From NCBI GenBank assembly GCA_963845755.1, contig CAWJTV010000013.1, positions 192,001 to 256,000 of the forward strand: a stretch of 64,000 nucleotides of DNA. The letters are read 5' to 3'. The notes beneath the pieces are model-generated. The model was not told the origin of the DNA. It saw nothing but the letters and a program-made list of their open reading frames with translations, and did not search any database. The stretch comes from an uncultured Planctomycetota bacterium. Lineage in GTDB: Bacteria; Planctomycetota; Planctomycetia; Isosphaerales; Isosphaeraceae. Position numbers and translations under genes: made by a program. How positions within the stretch are numbered: position 1 is the stretch's first letter; each line of letters opens with the position of its first letter. Below, piece by piece: positions 1 through 11,903 of the stretch.

Positions 1-300
1 GAGGAGATAAAAGGCAAACGGCGCGACGAGATAACCGTGAGAGTACCGTGGATCCTGCGACCATCGTCGCGCCATCGCGCCTAGCGTTGGCCAGTAAGAC
101 CAGAGCCAGCTCAGGGCGATCAAGCACGTGAGTATTCCCGCAGGATCGCGCGAAAGGGAGGACAAGATCGGCCGCAGGCCGTCACATGATGAAGGGCGGT
201 TCGATCCGGGCGGCGACTGTCCGGGTCGGTGCGGAACCGGTTCCCCCCCTGGGCCGTGAGGTGGGGGGCTCGGAGAGGAAGTATCGCCATCAAGGTCCAT
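1..300 (-). CDS. Exosortase family protein, 5' part (runs off the window edge)
   Basis: Not in the ORF track. Manual translation from ATG at 300 (overlaps the TPR stop) gives ...LSWLWSYWPTLGAMARRWSQDPRYSHGYLVAPFAFYLL, the W..DP.YSHG.LV exosortase N-terminal motif. Confidence 0.85.
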   Translation of the reverse strand, partial: MDLDGDTSSPSPPPHGPGGEPVPHRPGQSPPGSNRPSSCDGLRPILSSLSRDPAGILTCLIALSWLWSYWPTLGAMARRWSQDPRYSHGYLVAPFAFYLL

Positions 301-3300
301 CAGTCTCGGCTCACCTGTCTGAACAACCGTTCGTAGTTCTCTCGCTCCAATGGCGAGAGCTTGGCTGGGCTGAGGCCCGTGGCCTGGGCGGTTTGAAGGG
401 CCGTCTGTGCGTCCTTTCGCCGATCGGCCATCAAGTAAGCTTGGGCCAGGTGGACATACTTCAGCGGCGTGGCACTTTCGTTGATCGCGTCCTCGAGATC
501 CCGGATCGCCAGGTCGCTGCGGCCGGCCGCCAGATAGCTGATGGCCCGAGAGTCGAGCAGGTCGGGGACCGGCCCATCGAGTCTCATGGCCCTTGTGACC
601 AGTTCGAGGGCTTCACTTCCCTTGCCGTCGCGCCGTGCCAGCAGCCACGCCAGATTTGCGAGTGGGCCGCTGTTCGCCGGATCGCTCGCAAGTGATCGCC
701 GATACAACTGCTCGGCCTCCTGGTAGCGTCCCTCGAGGCTCCGAATGTTGCCGAGGTGGAACAGCAGCCCGGCACTCTGGGGCGTCTGCTTCAGCTCGCG
801 TTCGATCAACTCCGCCGCGCGACGGCATTGCCCCGCATCGACCGGTGCCGAGTAGAGCAAGGCGACCGTCGTTGCGGCGACGACCTCGGGAGGACCCATT
901 GATGAGGCCTTCTCACAGACGTCGATCGCCTCGGCCAATCGACCCCTACGGCCGAGGAATCCGGCCAAGGCTAGGATCGATTGCGCTTGACCGGACCGAG
1001 CTCCGAACTGGCGGTAGAATTCTTCAGCCACGGTCAAGAGGCCCAGGTCCTCAAGTACGACAGCAACATTGCCGACCTGATCGGGCCTATCTCGGACAAA
1101 CGATTTCAGCAGTTCGACTGCCTCATCAGGTTAACCTGTTTGTTTCAGTAACCGCGCCTTTAATTCCGCCGTCGCGAGACTCCCAGGGGCCTGCTTCTCC
1201 AGCGTGTCCACGAAGGGCGTTGCTCGGTCGATCAGACCTCGGCGGAGCAGGATGCGGGCAGCGTAAGCCAGGTAGAGTGGGTTTGTTGAATCGGTGGCCA
1301 GTAGGCTGCGGATCTGAATCTGGGCCTTGGACCAATCCCCCCCAGCCTCGTAAAGCTGGGCTAGTCGGAATCGGTCTTCCGAAGTCGTGAATTCCCGATC
1401 GGCGAGGTATTCAAGGATACGGATTGCCGCCTGCCTCGCGACCCGGTTGTTCCGAAGGGCCAGAACCGTCGCCCGGGCACGAAGTTCCTCAGCGGGCTCG
1501 TCAGGACCGGGCCAATAGGATGCACCGTCTTCCGCCAAGCCGACCAACTCCAGGGCTCGGTGGTGAGCGCCGGCGGCAGCGAGCACTGTCGCCAGGAGAC
1601 GGCGAGCCCAGTCCGCATCGTCCGGCGCCTTCTCCCTGAGGTCGATGACCTTCGTCAAATAAGTCTCGGCCTCCCCAATCTTGCCGGCTGACAACGCGCA
1701 GGTTGCGGCCCCACGGAGCGTGGGAATATCATCGGGTTTCTTGGCTAGGGCCGCCCGAAACTCAGCCCTGGCCCGATCCATCTCGCCGAGCTCAGCGTAG
1801 CATCGAGCCAAGGCCGGCGCGACCTGATCGCCGGCAAGGTGGCGGCGAGCTTGCTCGATCGCGGCTCGGGCCTTTTCCCGTGCTCCGGTCCGGGCGAGGA
1901 ATCGAACCATCGTCACCCAGGTCTCCGGGGCGCTACCGGCGAGCTCCAACGCATGTTGGAGTTCGGGCTCGGCCTTCGCAGGGTCTCCAGCGGCCCAGTA
2001 GAACTGGCCGAGCCACAGGTGATCGCGGTAGTCTTTCGACCCCGGCGGGATGGATTGACTCGCCAGTTCCAGCGCTCGTGCCTGGTCGCGTATCCGGAGC
2101 GAAACTTCGGCTGCCAGGCGTTGGAACTGGAAATCGGCCGAGCCCAGACCCTGCTCCTGCCACTTCCGGATCAACCCATCGGCCTGCTCAAATCGTCGGA
2201 GCTCGAACAGAAGTTGGACGGTCCGACGCACAACGAGATGGTCGGTCATCCCCAATTCGATCGCCCTGAGGTAGTTGCGAACCGCATCCTCCGGATTTCG
2301 GAGCAAATCCTCGGTCTCGGCTCGGATGTACGGAATCAAGGGCCAGGAAGGACGCTGCTCCTCAACCTCGGCCAAGAGCAAGCGAATCTCCTCGATCACG
2401 TTCGGCTCAATCGTGCCGCGAGCCCGATTTCGAGACAACCAGAGCAAGTATCGAGCCCGGCCGCAGCGCCAGAGGGTCCCCTCCGTTCTATCGGAAGTTT
2501 GCGGGTCGTCCTCGATGACCCGGATTTGATTCAGAATCTGCCCCATGGCCGCGTCATCGCCGGCACGCAGCGCCTGCTCGAACTGGGTGAAGCGGAGGCC
2601 CAGATCCCCCGGATTTCGTTCGACCAACCGGCTCAAGATACGATCTGCTGAGCCAGCGTCGCCGATCCGAAGATACGCGCCGGCTAGCACTCGGAGGAGC
2701 GGCTCTTGGTCGCCCTCGGTCCGGCTCGCGATATCTCGCTCCAGGAGGGCTAGTTCCCGGGACGCAGGCGCGCCGCCACGAGTCGCCCAGTGCTGGATCC
2801 GAGCGAGCTGCACCTCGACACGATGGCCCAGGCGGTTCTCGGCTTCTTGCAGGATGGCCAGGGCAGCCTCGGCCGTCTCGTATCGATCGGCCAGTTCCGA
2901 CAGGGCAGTCCAGAGTTCGACCCGGTCCGGATGTGCGTCCCTGGCTGCTTTGAGCAGGACCCGGGCGCGCCCGGGCTGCCCCTGAGCCACGAGGGCCTCG
3001 GCCTGCCAGATCGTCACCGGGGTCGAATTGGGCATCGACCGGGCCGTCTGTTGGAGGACTTGTTCAACCTCCGCCCAGTCGCGTTGTGCCGCGGGGCGGC
3101 GCAGGTTGTGGAGGATCAGGAGTCGGGCCAGTGCAATGCCCACGGCCGGTGCCCGATCGAACACTCGCCGATATTCATCGATGGCCTCGCCGAGCTTCCC
3201 CATGGCCTCCCGCGTTGAGGCCAGCCCGATGCGCCCTTCCACGCGCCCCGGGTCCAGGCTGATCGCCCGCCGGAAGGCGGCTTCGCGCCGGTCGTTGTCC

Positions 3301-4549
3301 CCGGATCGTTCGTAACAAAGACCGAGGAGCAGATTCGACTGATAGGCCAGTTCCGGTTCGGCTCCGAGGAGGGGGTAGATTGACTCCAGTTCTCGCCTCG
3401 CTTCGATCCATCTCAGCTCACCGACGCCGATTCGCGCATCAAGATACTTGTGGAGCTCGAGACGGACCGGATTCTGTCTCAGTTCTTCGATGACTCTCTT
3501 CGCTTCTGCCCACTTTCGGTCGTCGATCAAGGTGTCGGCGAGCAGCCAGAGGAGCTGACTGCGTCCCTCGCGATCAACCGTGATATCGACGCTGCGGCGC
3601 AGACACATCTCGGCTTTGTCGAGTTGCCCAGTCTTTTTCTCGACCAGGGCCAATGCACTCGAGATCCGCCAGTTCTTAGGATCTAGCTCCTGGCAGCGCG
3701 TGAGGTCGCGACGGGCTACCTCGAAATCGCCACGTTCCGCGGCAAATGCCGCGGCGGTCAGCAGCACCTCGGGATCCTCCGGCGCTATTTTGAGAGCGCT
3801 GGCCACGTCTGCATCCGATCCCTCGATCTGGTTTGTCTTCCGGTAAAGCCCGCGCTCGAGGAACGCCCGGCATGATCCTCCATTGGCGGCGATCAAACCG
3901 TCCTTGACTTCGCGGGCGTCCATGACGCGATCAGCCCCATTCGGATCATTGAGCCGCCCGCGGAGCAAGTGGGCGAGCCGTACGTAGCCTTCGATCCGCT
4001 GGGCGCCAGAGCGATCGCCTTCTTGAAGTGGAGAGCAGCCTCGCCATCTTCGTGAACGCCTTCTGAGCATGCTCCCAGGAGGAATTCCAGCTCACCCTCT
4101 TGGGCAGTCGTTCGTCCTACACCCTGATCGCCAACGGATCTTTCGGGATCAAGCAGGAGTTTGAGATGGGTCCGAGCCAAGGGATACCAACCCAGCCCCA
4201 TGGCCAGGTGGACGACCTGGCGCCGTACCTCGTAGCGATTCGGATCGACGCGGAGCGCCTGCTCGAGGGTCTGGATGGCGCGGATTCGATCATCCACAGT
4301 CCGAGCCAGAGAAGCGAGGATCACGCCATACTTCGCGAGCGCCGCGGGATGGTTTGGTTCGTAACCCAGGAAAAGGCGCAGGCATTCCTCAGCTTGGACG
4401 AGGTCGCCGTCCTCTTCCGCTCGGGTTGCACGCTGCATCAATACGCCAGCATTGCGCCTCACTTGGACGCGATGTAACCCGGCGATCCCCGCCCCGATCG
4501 CGATTGTGGCGAGCAGAATGGAAATCAGCAATCGCCAGTTCAACCGCAC
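300..4549 (-). CDS. Large TPR-repeat protein (PrsT-like context), split by two frameshifts
   Basis: ORFs 3893-4549, 1131-4070 and 300-1037 are collinear TPR-rich pieces with an N-terminal TM helix; the gene abuts the exosortase. Confidence 0.8.
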
Positions 4550-5157
4550 TTTTCATCACTTCGATCCAACCTGAACCGGATCGAACGCCTCCAGAAGTCC
4601 GTCAAACGCCATGCTCTCCAGGCCGCTATCACCAACGTTCACCCGTTTTCCAGCCGCGATCAGCCAAACCCTTCATGGCCCTCCGAGAACCGACGCTGAA
4701 GAACCGAAAACGCGGATAAAACTCAACATCCAGCAATGCCAAGGGGTCTCACTCCTTGCCGAAGAAAGCATAAGTATGCTCATCCCAGCATAAACCCACT
4801 ATGAACGACCGACGTTAACGTTCGCATCTACTTCAACAACGCTCGATCAACTCCGGGGTCAAGAGTTAGACGAGAGCTTTTGCGGTTGGAGGCCCAATCG
4901 CCCGTAAGCAGGGGAAATTCGTTCGAGAGCGTTATTAACGAGTGTCTTGGGGACGGAAGCAGGGTCGAACCAGCTCACCACAGAATGGCGGAAGGCGAAT
5001 CCCTCCGGATGCCTTTCACCGGGTGGTGCAACAGCAACTTGGATCCTCTCGATGGAGAAGTCCTCTTGACCCCTGATTCTCGGCAGATTGCAGCCAATCG
5101 CGGGGAGCAGGTACGGTCGCGACGAAAAGACAATTCAGGATGGAATCTCCGGAGGAC

Positions 5158-6081
5158 TCATCCGGTCCGTCGCTGCCGGAATCGATCCAGACCAGCCTTA
5201 CCAACTAACAAGAGAAGCGCGGAGACTCCGAGAAGGATCGTCGGCATCTCGGGGGCGATGGCGACGGAACTACCTGAGATCGACAGGCTGCCACTCGAAA
5301 TCACGCTACCATCCATTGTCACACTCGAAAGATTGACCGTACCACCAACACCACTGCCGCCATTGAGACTCAGGATGTTGCCGGTGAACGTACCTCCACT
5401 TGCGGTGAGACTGCCGCCGTGGAGGATGTTGAAAAACACGTTGCCCGCACTAACGCCATTGAGAATGATTGAGGTTTGGCTGAAAGTAACGAGGTTCGAT
5501 ATGTTGAAGACAAATTGTTCGCTAGCGGTTCCATTGATCGTGATGCTGCCGCCGCTTATGCTGAGGGAGCTCGTCACAGCTAACACATTTTGGCCGGAAT
5601 GACTCGAACTCCCCGTGAAGATGTAGTTGCTGCCGATACCAGAGTTTTGAAGGAGGTTCGCATTGGGGTGCGCACCAGTTCCTGTCCAACCCGCGGCCGT
5701 CGATGCGACCTGGTCGGCAGCCGAAACGGCACCCGTCAAGTTGGACCCCGTCACCACACTGCCTGTGACGTTAGTGTGCGAAGATGATCCAGTAATACCC
5801 GTACCGATGTATATGTTTCCATTGACAGTATCGTTCGAAGCGGAGTAACTCTGGTCCAGGCCGACGTTGCCCCCAATTGTCGAGGTTAAGACGCTAATGC
5901 CGCCTGAGCCGGGTGTCTCGAGGACGGTGAAAGTTGCGGCTTGGCCGAGGTTTAGCGTCTGCCCAAAGCAGAGTGAGGGACCCGCAAGCGCAAGCCCCAA
6001 CCCGATGACCGCAGCGAATTGACTTGATGAGAGATTCGACCGATTGTTGTGAAAAATCATCGGGCCGGCCCCCAATTGCAA
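5158..6081 (-). CDS. Secreted Ser/Gly/Thr-rich protein, ice-binding-like (DUF3494-type), with PEP-CTERM-like tail
   Basis: Signal-like helix; LNLGQAATFTVL, QFVFNI, NVFFN and GNIL motifs; C-terminal APEMPT + hydrophobic helix + basic tail RFRQRR. Confidence 0.7.
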   Translation of the reverse strand: MQLGAGPMIFHNNRSNLSSSQFAAVIGLGLALAGPSLCFGQTLNLGQAATFTVLETPGSGGISVLTSTIGGNVGLDQSYSASNDTVNGNIYIGTGITGSSSHTNVTGSVVTGSNLTGAVSAADQVASTAAGWTGTGAHPNANLLQNSGIGSNYIFTGSSSHSGQNVLAVTSSLSISGGSITINGTASEQFVFNISNLVTFSQTSIILNGVSAGNVFFNILHGGSLTASGGTFTGNILSLNGGSGVGGTVNLSSVTMDGSVISSGSLSISGSSVAIAPEMPTILLGVSALLLLVGKAGLDRFRQRRTG

Positions 6082-6504
6082 AAAGAGTCAACGTCAAGTT
6101 GGCATCGTCGGCGATGTCACTCAATCCCTTGAGTCCAACATCAATCCGTTCAACCTCACCATGATACCAGGAAGCCACGGGGGAATGCAAGAGGGGAGTC
6201 GCGTTTCTGCGATCAATCCGGTTCATCCGGAATCCGCGCTCCACGCTTCCCCGCCCCGCGGACCAATCCCGTTACCGCTCACCTGCGCAGCACGGCACGA
6301 CACCCGCCACCAATCCGCGCGGCCGGTTCTGGCCGGGATCGTCATCAGGGTGTCCGTCCGGTGAAGTGCATCTACAAAGCGGTTAATGGGTGTGTGATCA
6401 TGTTCGGGGCACGGTTTTGGTTCCAGTGTGGGGCTCGGCGCATGCGATCGCCCCGAACTCACCTGGGGCGAGGCGAACGCGGGGCGGGACATGCCCGAGC
6501 CATA

Positions 6505-7502
6505 GAAACTATCCGAGAACGCCTCTGATGCTCATGTGGGATTTTGGTTTGCGTCAGCCTGACCCAGGCGGTCGAGCCGCCGGTACCAGTACAGCGCGCA
6601 GGCCAGTTGGATCAGCCCCAAGTCGTTGCCGTCCTTCTTGTCGTACCGCACCAAGATCCCGCGGCACTTCGACAGCCAGCCCACCGTCCGCTCCACGACC
6701 CAACGTCGCGGCTTGTGTCCGGGCTTCCTCGCGCCAGGCTTCATCTCCTCGCTGGCTTTATGGATGTTGAGGGATGTAGTTCGCCTCGGTCGCCGCTGCC
6801 CGGCCCGTGGGGTTCTCGTAACCCCCATCCAGGCAGAGGTTCTGCGGCGCCTCGCCGGTCGGTTCGGGGCGCTCGACCACGATGGCCTCGATCGTCCCGC
6901 GCAGGGTCTGCCTCTCCAACACGTTGGCCCCGGAGATCACCACCCCCAACGGCCTGCCCTGACCATCGACCACCACCGACTTCTTGGTCCCGTTTTTCCC
7001 ACGATCCGTGGGATTTGGGCCTACCTTTTTCCCCCCCGAACCGGGCCTTGCCCAGTGCCGCGTCGGCACTCTGCCACTGCCACTCGACGGCACCCAACTC
7101 GTCGCACTCGGCGACCAGCTCCGCCCAGATCCGTTCCATGACCCCGCCGGCACACCAGCGCTGGAACCAATCGTGGACGGTGCTCTTGGGGCCGAACTTG
7201 CGGGGGAGTTGCTCCCATTGGCAGCCGGTCCGCATGCGGAAGATGATCCCAGTGAGGGCGGTGCGCCAATTGGCAGTATGCCGTCCGGTCGGCTTCTTGG
7301 GCCAGAACGCCAAGAGGATGGGAAGGATTCGTTCCCACAGGGCATCCGGGACCTCCCAGATCGGTCCTAACCGCTTGGACTTCGGTTTCCGTCGCGATTT
7401 CCGCTTGGTCTTGGTCATGGCGGGACCCTCCTTCGGTTACGCTCTCGAAGAACATAACTCAAGCAGGATCCGGGCCATATCGTCAATTCTCGGATAGTTT
7501 CC
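6505..7502 (-). mobile_element. IS5-family insertion sequence (two-ORF frameshift type)
   Basis: Inverted ends gaaactatccgagaa (6505-6519) and ttctcggatagtttc (ends 7501); TA(G) on both flanks. Confidence 0.9.
6532..7418 (-). CDS. IS5-family transposase
   Basis: LWERILPIL...RTGCQWEQLP...STVHDWFQRW; GPNPTDRGKNGTK; RWVVERTVGWL. G7A5 slippery run at 7026-7037, plus a second shift near 6765. Confidence 0.9.
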
Positions 7503-7564
7503 TAGCGGTGATGTGCCACGCCGAAGGCGTGGGAGACTCCGGTCACTCCGTGATTCCCGCGACT

Positions 7565-9633
7565 TCACCGAACGAGGGCGGATGGCCGGTAGACGATGTG
7601 AAACCTCCGGGACACCGGCTCGAGAGGATCGGCTTGAACTTCGATGGTGCCCTGGTATTCCCCGGGTTTTTCGAAATCGCGCTCCACCTCGAAGAGGCCG
7701 TCCGGATCGATCCAGAGTCGCCGGCTCCAACCGTCGTTGAACCGCACCGTGCCGGTCACGATCGGCACGTCCCGATCGTAGACGCGCAGATCGAAGACAT
7801 AAAGCGACTTCAGCCCGATATGCCCATCGGGAATCGTCGAAGTCCGCAGGAACTGGGCCATGGCACTGTCATCGTGGTCATCTCGCCCCTTCATCCGGCG
7901 CGGACAAGAATCGTCCGAGCGCCCCGGACCCATTCCGAGATGTTAACCGGTGCAGCGTAGGGCCAGATCGTACTTCCGTGAATCACTGCTTTCCAGGCGC
8001 GATCGCGATCGGTCGAAACTTCGAGGACTCCGCTCGCATCCGCGGCGTCGAGAGAAAGACTCGCATAAAGCGATGCCGAGCGGACGGGAAAAGCCAGCGC
8101 GAACTTATAGACCACTTCGAAGTCTTTGCGGTCGTCGATCGGTCCCCAGTAACGGATGCCGTGGCGCTTTTCGCTCCAGATCCGGGCGTTCCTCGTCAAT
8201 GAGCCGTCGAGGTAGGACTTGTGCCGATCGTCGTTCAGGTCGAACTGGATCACTTCCCTCGGGGCGCGAACGGTACTCACCGCCGGTGAGATGGCGACGC
8301 GGCCCACGCCCATGTAGTGCTTCTGATCCACGTGCAGATCGTTTGCTGGGGTTGTCAACTCCAGGTGTCGGTGGGCGAGAGGTGTCGCACCCCGACCCTT
8401 CTGCGGGCGATCGACCAAGGACAGTCCGAGAACCGCGAGCAGCATCAACACGATGGCGGCCGCGCCGATCGTGATGACCCGCCCGGCTCGCAACCCGGAT
8501 TTCCAGGGTCGTTCCGTGCGGTGCTTCGCTCCATCCGACAAGAATCGATCCAGCTCATCCGCGAGGTCACGGGCCGTCAGATATCGTCGCTTTGGGTCTT
8601 TTTCCAGGCATTTGAGGCAAATGGCATCCAGCGACCCGGGAACGCGGTGATCGACGTGTGATGGCGGGTCCGGACGCTGGCCGACGACCTGGAAGACCGT
8701 CTCGATCGGCGAGTCGCCGCGGAACGGTGGCCGGCCGGTCAACAGTTCGTAGAAGATCGCGCCCAGTCCATAGACGTCGATGGCCGGGCCGACCGTCATG
8801 GCTCGATTCCTGGCCTGTTCGGGTGCCATGTACGACGGCGTGCCCAGGACCATGCCGGAGAGGGAGGCATGGGCCGGGCTATCCTGATCCAGGCGCCTGG
8901 CCAGGCCGAAGTCGGTGAGCTTGAGCCGGGCGGGGTCGAGAGGCTCATCGCGGGGGCCGGCCACCAGGACGTTCGCGGGCTTCAAGTCGCGGTGGATAAT
9001 CCCGCGATCGTGCGCCTCCTGGACCACCCGGGCGAGCGCGGACGTGATCCGGGCCGCCTCCGGCGGCGGTACGGGCTGGCCGCCAAGGCGTTGGGCGAGG
9101 CTGCCCCCTTCGACCAGCTCCAGGCACAGGTAAGGGACGCCCTGGTGTTCGCCGAGGTCGTAGAGCGCGACGACCTGGGGATGACGGAGCCGGGCGATCG
9201 TCATCGACTCCTCGCGAAACCGCTTGATGGCCCTGCGCGAGGCGTGCGCACCGGCCGTCAGCATCTTCAGCGCGACCAGTCGATCGAGCTTGACCTGCCG
9301 GGCCTTGTAGACGACTCCGGATCCGCCTCGACCCATCACGCCGAGGACCTCGAAGCCCTCGACCTGGATGGAAGCCGGCAGTCGCGGTTCCGAGTCGAGG
9401 GGACCGTCCTCGTCGCGGGGATCGTTGCTCTCGCTGGACGAAAGCGGATTGCGAAGGCCCCACAGCTCCCGCCAGCGGACCTGGTCCGCGTGCTCGGTCG
9501 GGTCCTCCAGCAGCGCTCGGCAACGGGGACATGCGGCGAAGTGAGCGGCGATCGGGTCCCCAGGTTGAGGATCAAACGAATCGTCGAGGTATTGGCGCAG
9601 CACGCTCGGATCCGGACAGCCGTCGCACTCCAT
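7565..9633 (-). CDS. Ser/Thr protein kinase with N-terminal zinc-finger-like motif, TM helix and extracytoplasmic domain (probable frameshift near 7900)
   Basis: GRGGSGVVY, VALK, HRDLKPAN, DFG and GTPSYMAPE motifs; HxxxCxxC at the N-terminus; ORF 7565-7933 is the likely continuation. Confidence 0.9.
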
Positions 9634-10240
9634 CGGTTGACGACTCCTCGTGTTCCGCCTCCATGCGATCGATCTGACGTTTCAACATCTTACGGATCTT
9701 GCACCGCGCGACGTAGACGGTCAACGTCTCCAGCTCAAGCCACGCCGCGGCCTCCGGGATCGAACTCCCCTCGAGATCGGTCAGCACGAACGCCTGCCAG
9801 TTGTGCGGAGCGACCCGGGCCTGTACGTTCGACATCGCGCGATCGAAGAGGTCGAGGTCGAAGGCTTGATCGAGCCGCGAGAGCAGGTCGTCGCGTGCTT
9901 CCTGGTTGACGAGCAGCTCGAGCACCTGGGTATCGCCCGAACCGCGAGTGGGTTCCTGGAGTCGCTGGCGTTGATAATCGCTCAGGGCGTGATTGACGAC
10001 GATCTGCAGCCAGCCCCGGAATCGTTTCGAAGAATCGTACGAAAACGTCCGGAGTGCCGTGACCAGCTTCGTGAGGACGTCCTGGCAGACATCCTGAGCG
10101 TCGCCTGGAGCCAGGCCGCGCTTCTTGCACCACAATTGAATCAGGGGTTCGTAAGACGTGACGAACCGATCCCACGCGTCCTCATCAGCCGGCTGGCGTC
10201 GCAGGCGAAACAGGAGGCTCTCCTGGGTTGTATACGCCAT
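9572..10240 (-). CDS. ECF sigma-70 factor paired with the kinase
   Basis: TTQESLLFRLR...AWDRFV..Y.PLI...DAQDVCQDV...FRGWL; overlaps the kinase start. Confidence 0.9.
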   Translation of the reverse strand: MAYTTQESLLFRLRRQPADEDAWDRFVTSYEPLIQLWCKKRGLAPGDAQDVCQDVLTKLVTALRTFSYDSSKRFRGWLQIVVNHALSDYQRQRLQEPTRGSGDTQVLELLVNQEARDDLLSRLDQAFDLDLFDRAMSNVQARVAPHNWQAFVLTDLEGSSIPEAAAWLELETLTVYVARCKIRKMLKRQIDRMEAEHEESSTDGVRRLSGSERAAPIPRRFV

Positions 10241-10439
10241 GCTTCGCCTCGAATCGATCGGTTTGCGATACGGACGAACAGCAAATGATGGATGTTAGCG
10301 GGCGGACAAGCCCGATGCAAGCGAAATTCAGAAAAATCTATGAACGAGGCGCAAGATTTCGAGCGATGGCGGGGTAGTTCTCCTCTTCGGGGTGATCGAT
10401 GGAAGGTGGATTGGTTCAGGGCAAACGGGACAAGCAGTA

Positions 10440-11493
10440 GGGTTGTTCTGAAATAACGGTCCTGTACACTATGTGGAGCACCAGGAGGCTCCTCGATGAT
10501 CCGCTATGCGACGCTCCGAGTTACCCCCAAGATCTTCCCCGCCTTGACCGGGCTGACTCTCGGGGAATTCGAGCGGCTCGCCGCGGAATTCGCGGCGGCG
10601 CACGCCCGAACCCGGGCCGCCTCGACTCGCACCAAGAAGGGCACGCCCCGCCGCCGCGCCCGGGCGCCGGCGCCCCGCCGTCGCTGGACCTGACCGACCG
10701 GCTGTTGATGGCGCTGGTCTGGCTGCGGATCTATCCCACCTACGAGCTGCTCGGCTGGCTCTTCGGGTTGGAGAAGTCCAACGCCTGGGAGAACGTCCAG
10801 GACGCCTTGGCGGTGCTCGAGACCCTGGCCGACTTCCCGTTCGAGCGGCCCGCCGCCGGCCGCACCCCGCTGGCCACCCCGGCGGCGGTCTTCGCCGCGT
10901 TCCCGGAGGTCAAGATCGTCATCGACGGCAAGGAGCAGCCGTTCCGACGCCCGCAGGGATGGGATCAGCAGAAGCCGTTCTACTCCGGGAAGAAGAAGCG
11001 GCACACGGTCAAGAACCAGGTCGTTTGCACGCCGGAAGGACGGATCGGTGGGGTTTCCGAGACGGTCCCTGGCTCGACCCACGACCTGACGATGATGCGG
11101 GGTGACGGCACGCTGGACCGGCTGGAGGAGGGGGAATCGGCGATGGCCGACAAGGCCTACACCGGAGGCCAGAAGGACCGCCCCGGGACGTCCCTGGTGG
11201 TGCCGACGAGGGCGACGCGAGGCCACCCGCTGACGGCGGAGCAACAGGCGGCGAACCGGGTGATCAGCGGGTACCGGGTGGTGATCGAACCTGTGATGGC
11301 CCAACTGAACCGATTTCAGGTGCTCAAGCAGGTCTTCCGCAGCGCGTTCCAGCGGCACACCGGGGTGATCCGGGTGGTGGCCGCGTTGGTTGACCGGCGG
11401 ATCGCGGCGGTGCCCCTGAAGACCTACGCAGTGAACTGATCCCGAAGGGGGTCAGGGGGACAGAGACGACTGTCGGCTATTCCAGAACAACCC
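10440..11493 (+). mobile_element. IS element (IS5/ISL2-like, DDE_Tnp_4 type)
   Basis: Inverted ends gggttgttctgaaata and tattccagaacaaccc; TA duplicated on both sides. Confidence 0.9.
10496..11439 (+). CDS. Transposase (HTH + DDE), frameshift near 10670
   Basis: FPALTGL N-terminus; IVIDGKEQPFRRP, YSGKKKRHTVKNQ, PGSTHD, ADKAY, RVVIE motifs. Confidence 0.88.
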
Positions 11494-11509
11494 TAGTGTC
11501 TCTCGGCTT

Positions 11510-11557
11510 TGCACAACGAATGCCCCCTGCACAACGATTCACCGGGCTGCACAACGA
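11510..11557 (+). repeat. Three direct repeats of tgcacaacga
   Basis: Copies at 11510, 11528 and 11548. Confidence 0.75.
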
Positions 11558-11903
11558 ATCGAGAATGAAGGAATTCAGAGACGCGCGATTTGGATGCGAA
11601 ACTTGATTGCATGCAAATCGTTGCGATCCACGCCCAATTACAAATGGGGAATACTTCGAGATTTTCAAATTGGGATAAATGGGCAATACTTGATGAAAAT
11701 ACGTGCTACGAATCTCTGTCGAAATCTGTTTCGGTGCAGGAACCTTGTAAGGTGATCCGGCGTTCATTAAGCTATCAAGAAGATCTAGCCGATAGCCACC
11801 GAGGTCACCTCTGGTGGCTATCGGCGCGCGCATGATGCATGCACGCAACTGATCCGAGCCATCACTATTAGTGATGCAGACTGTGGCCACAGGAGAAGAA
11901 GCT

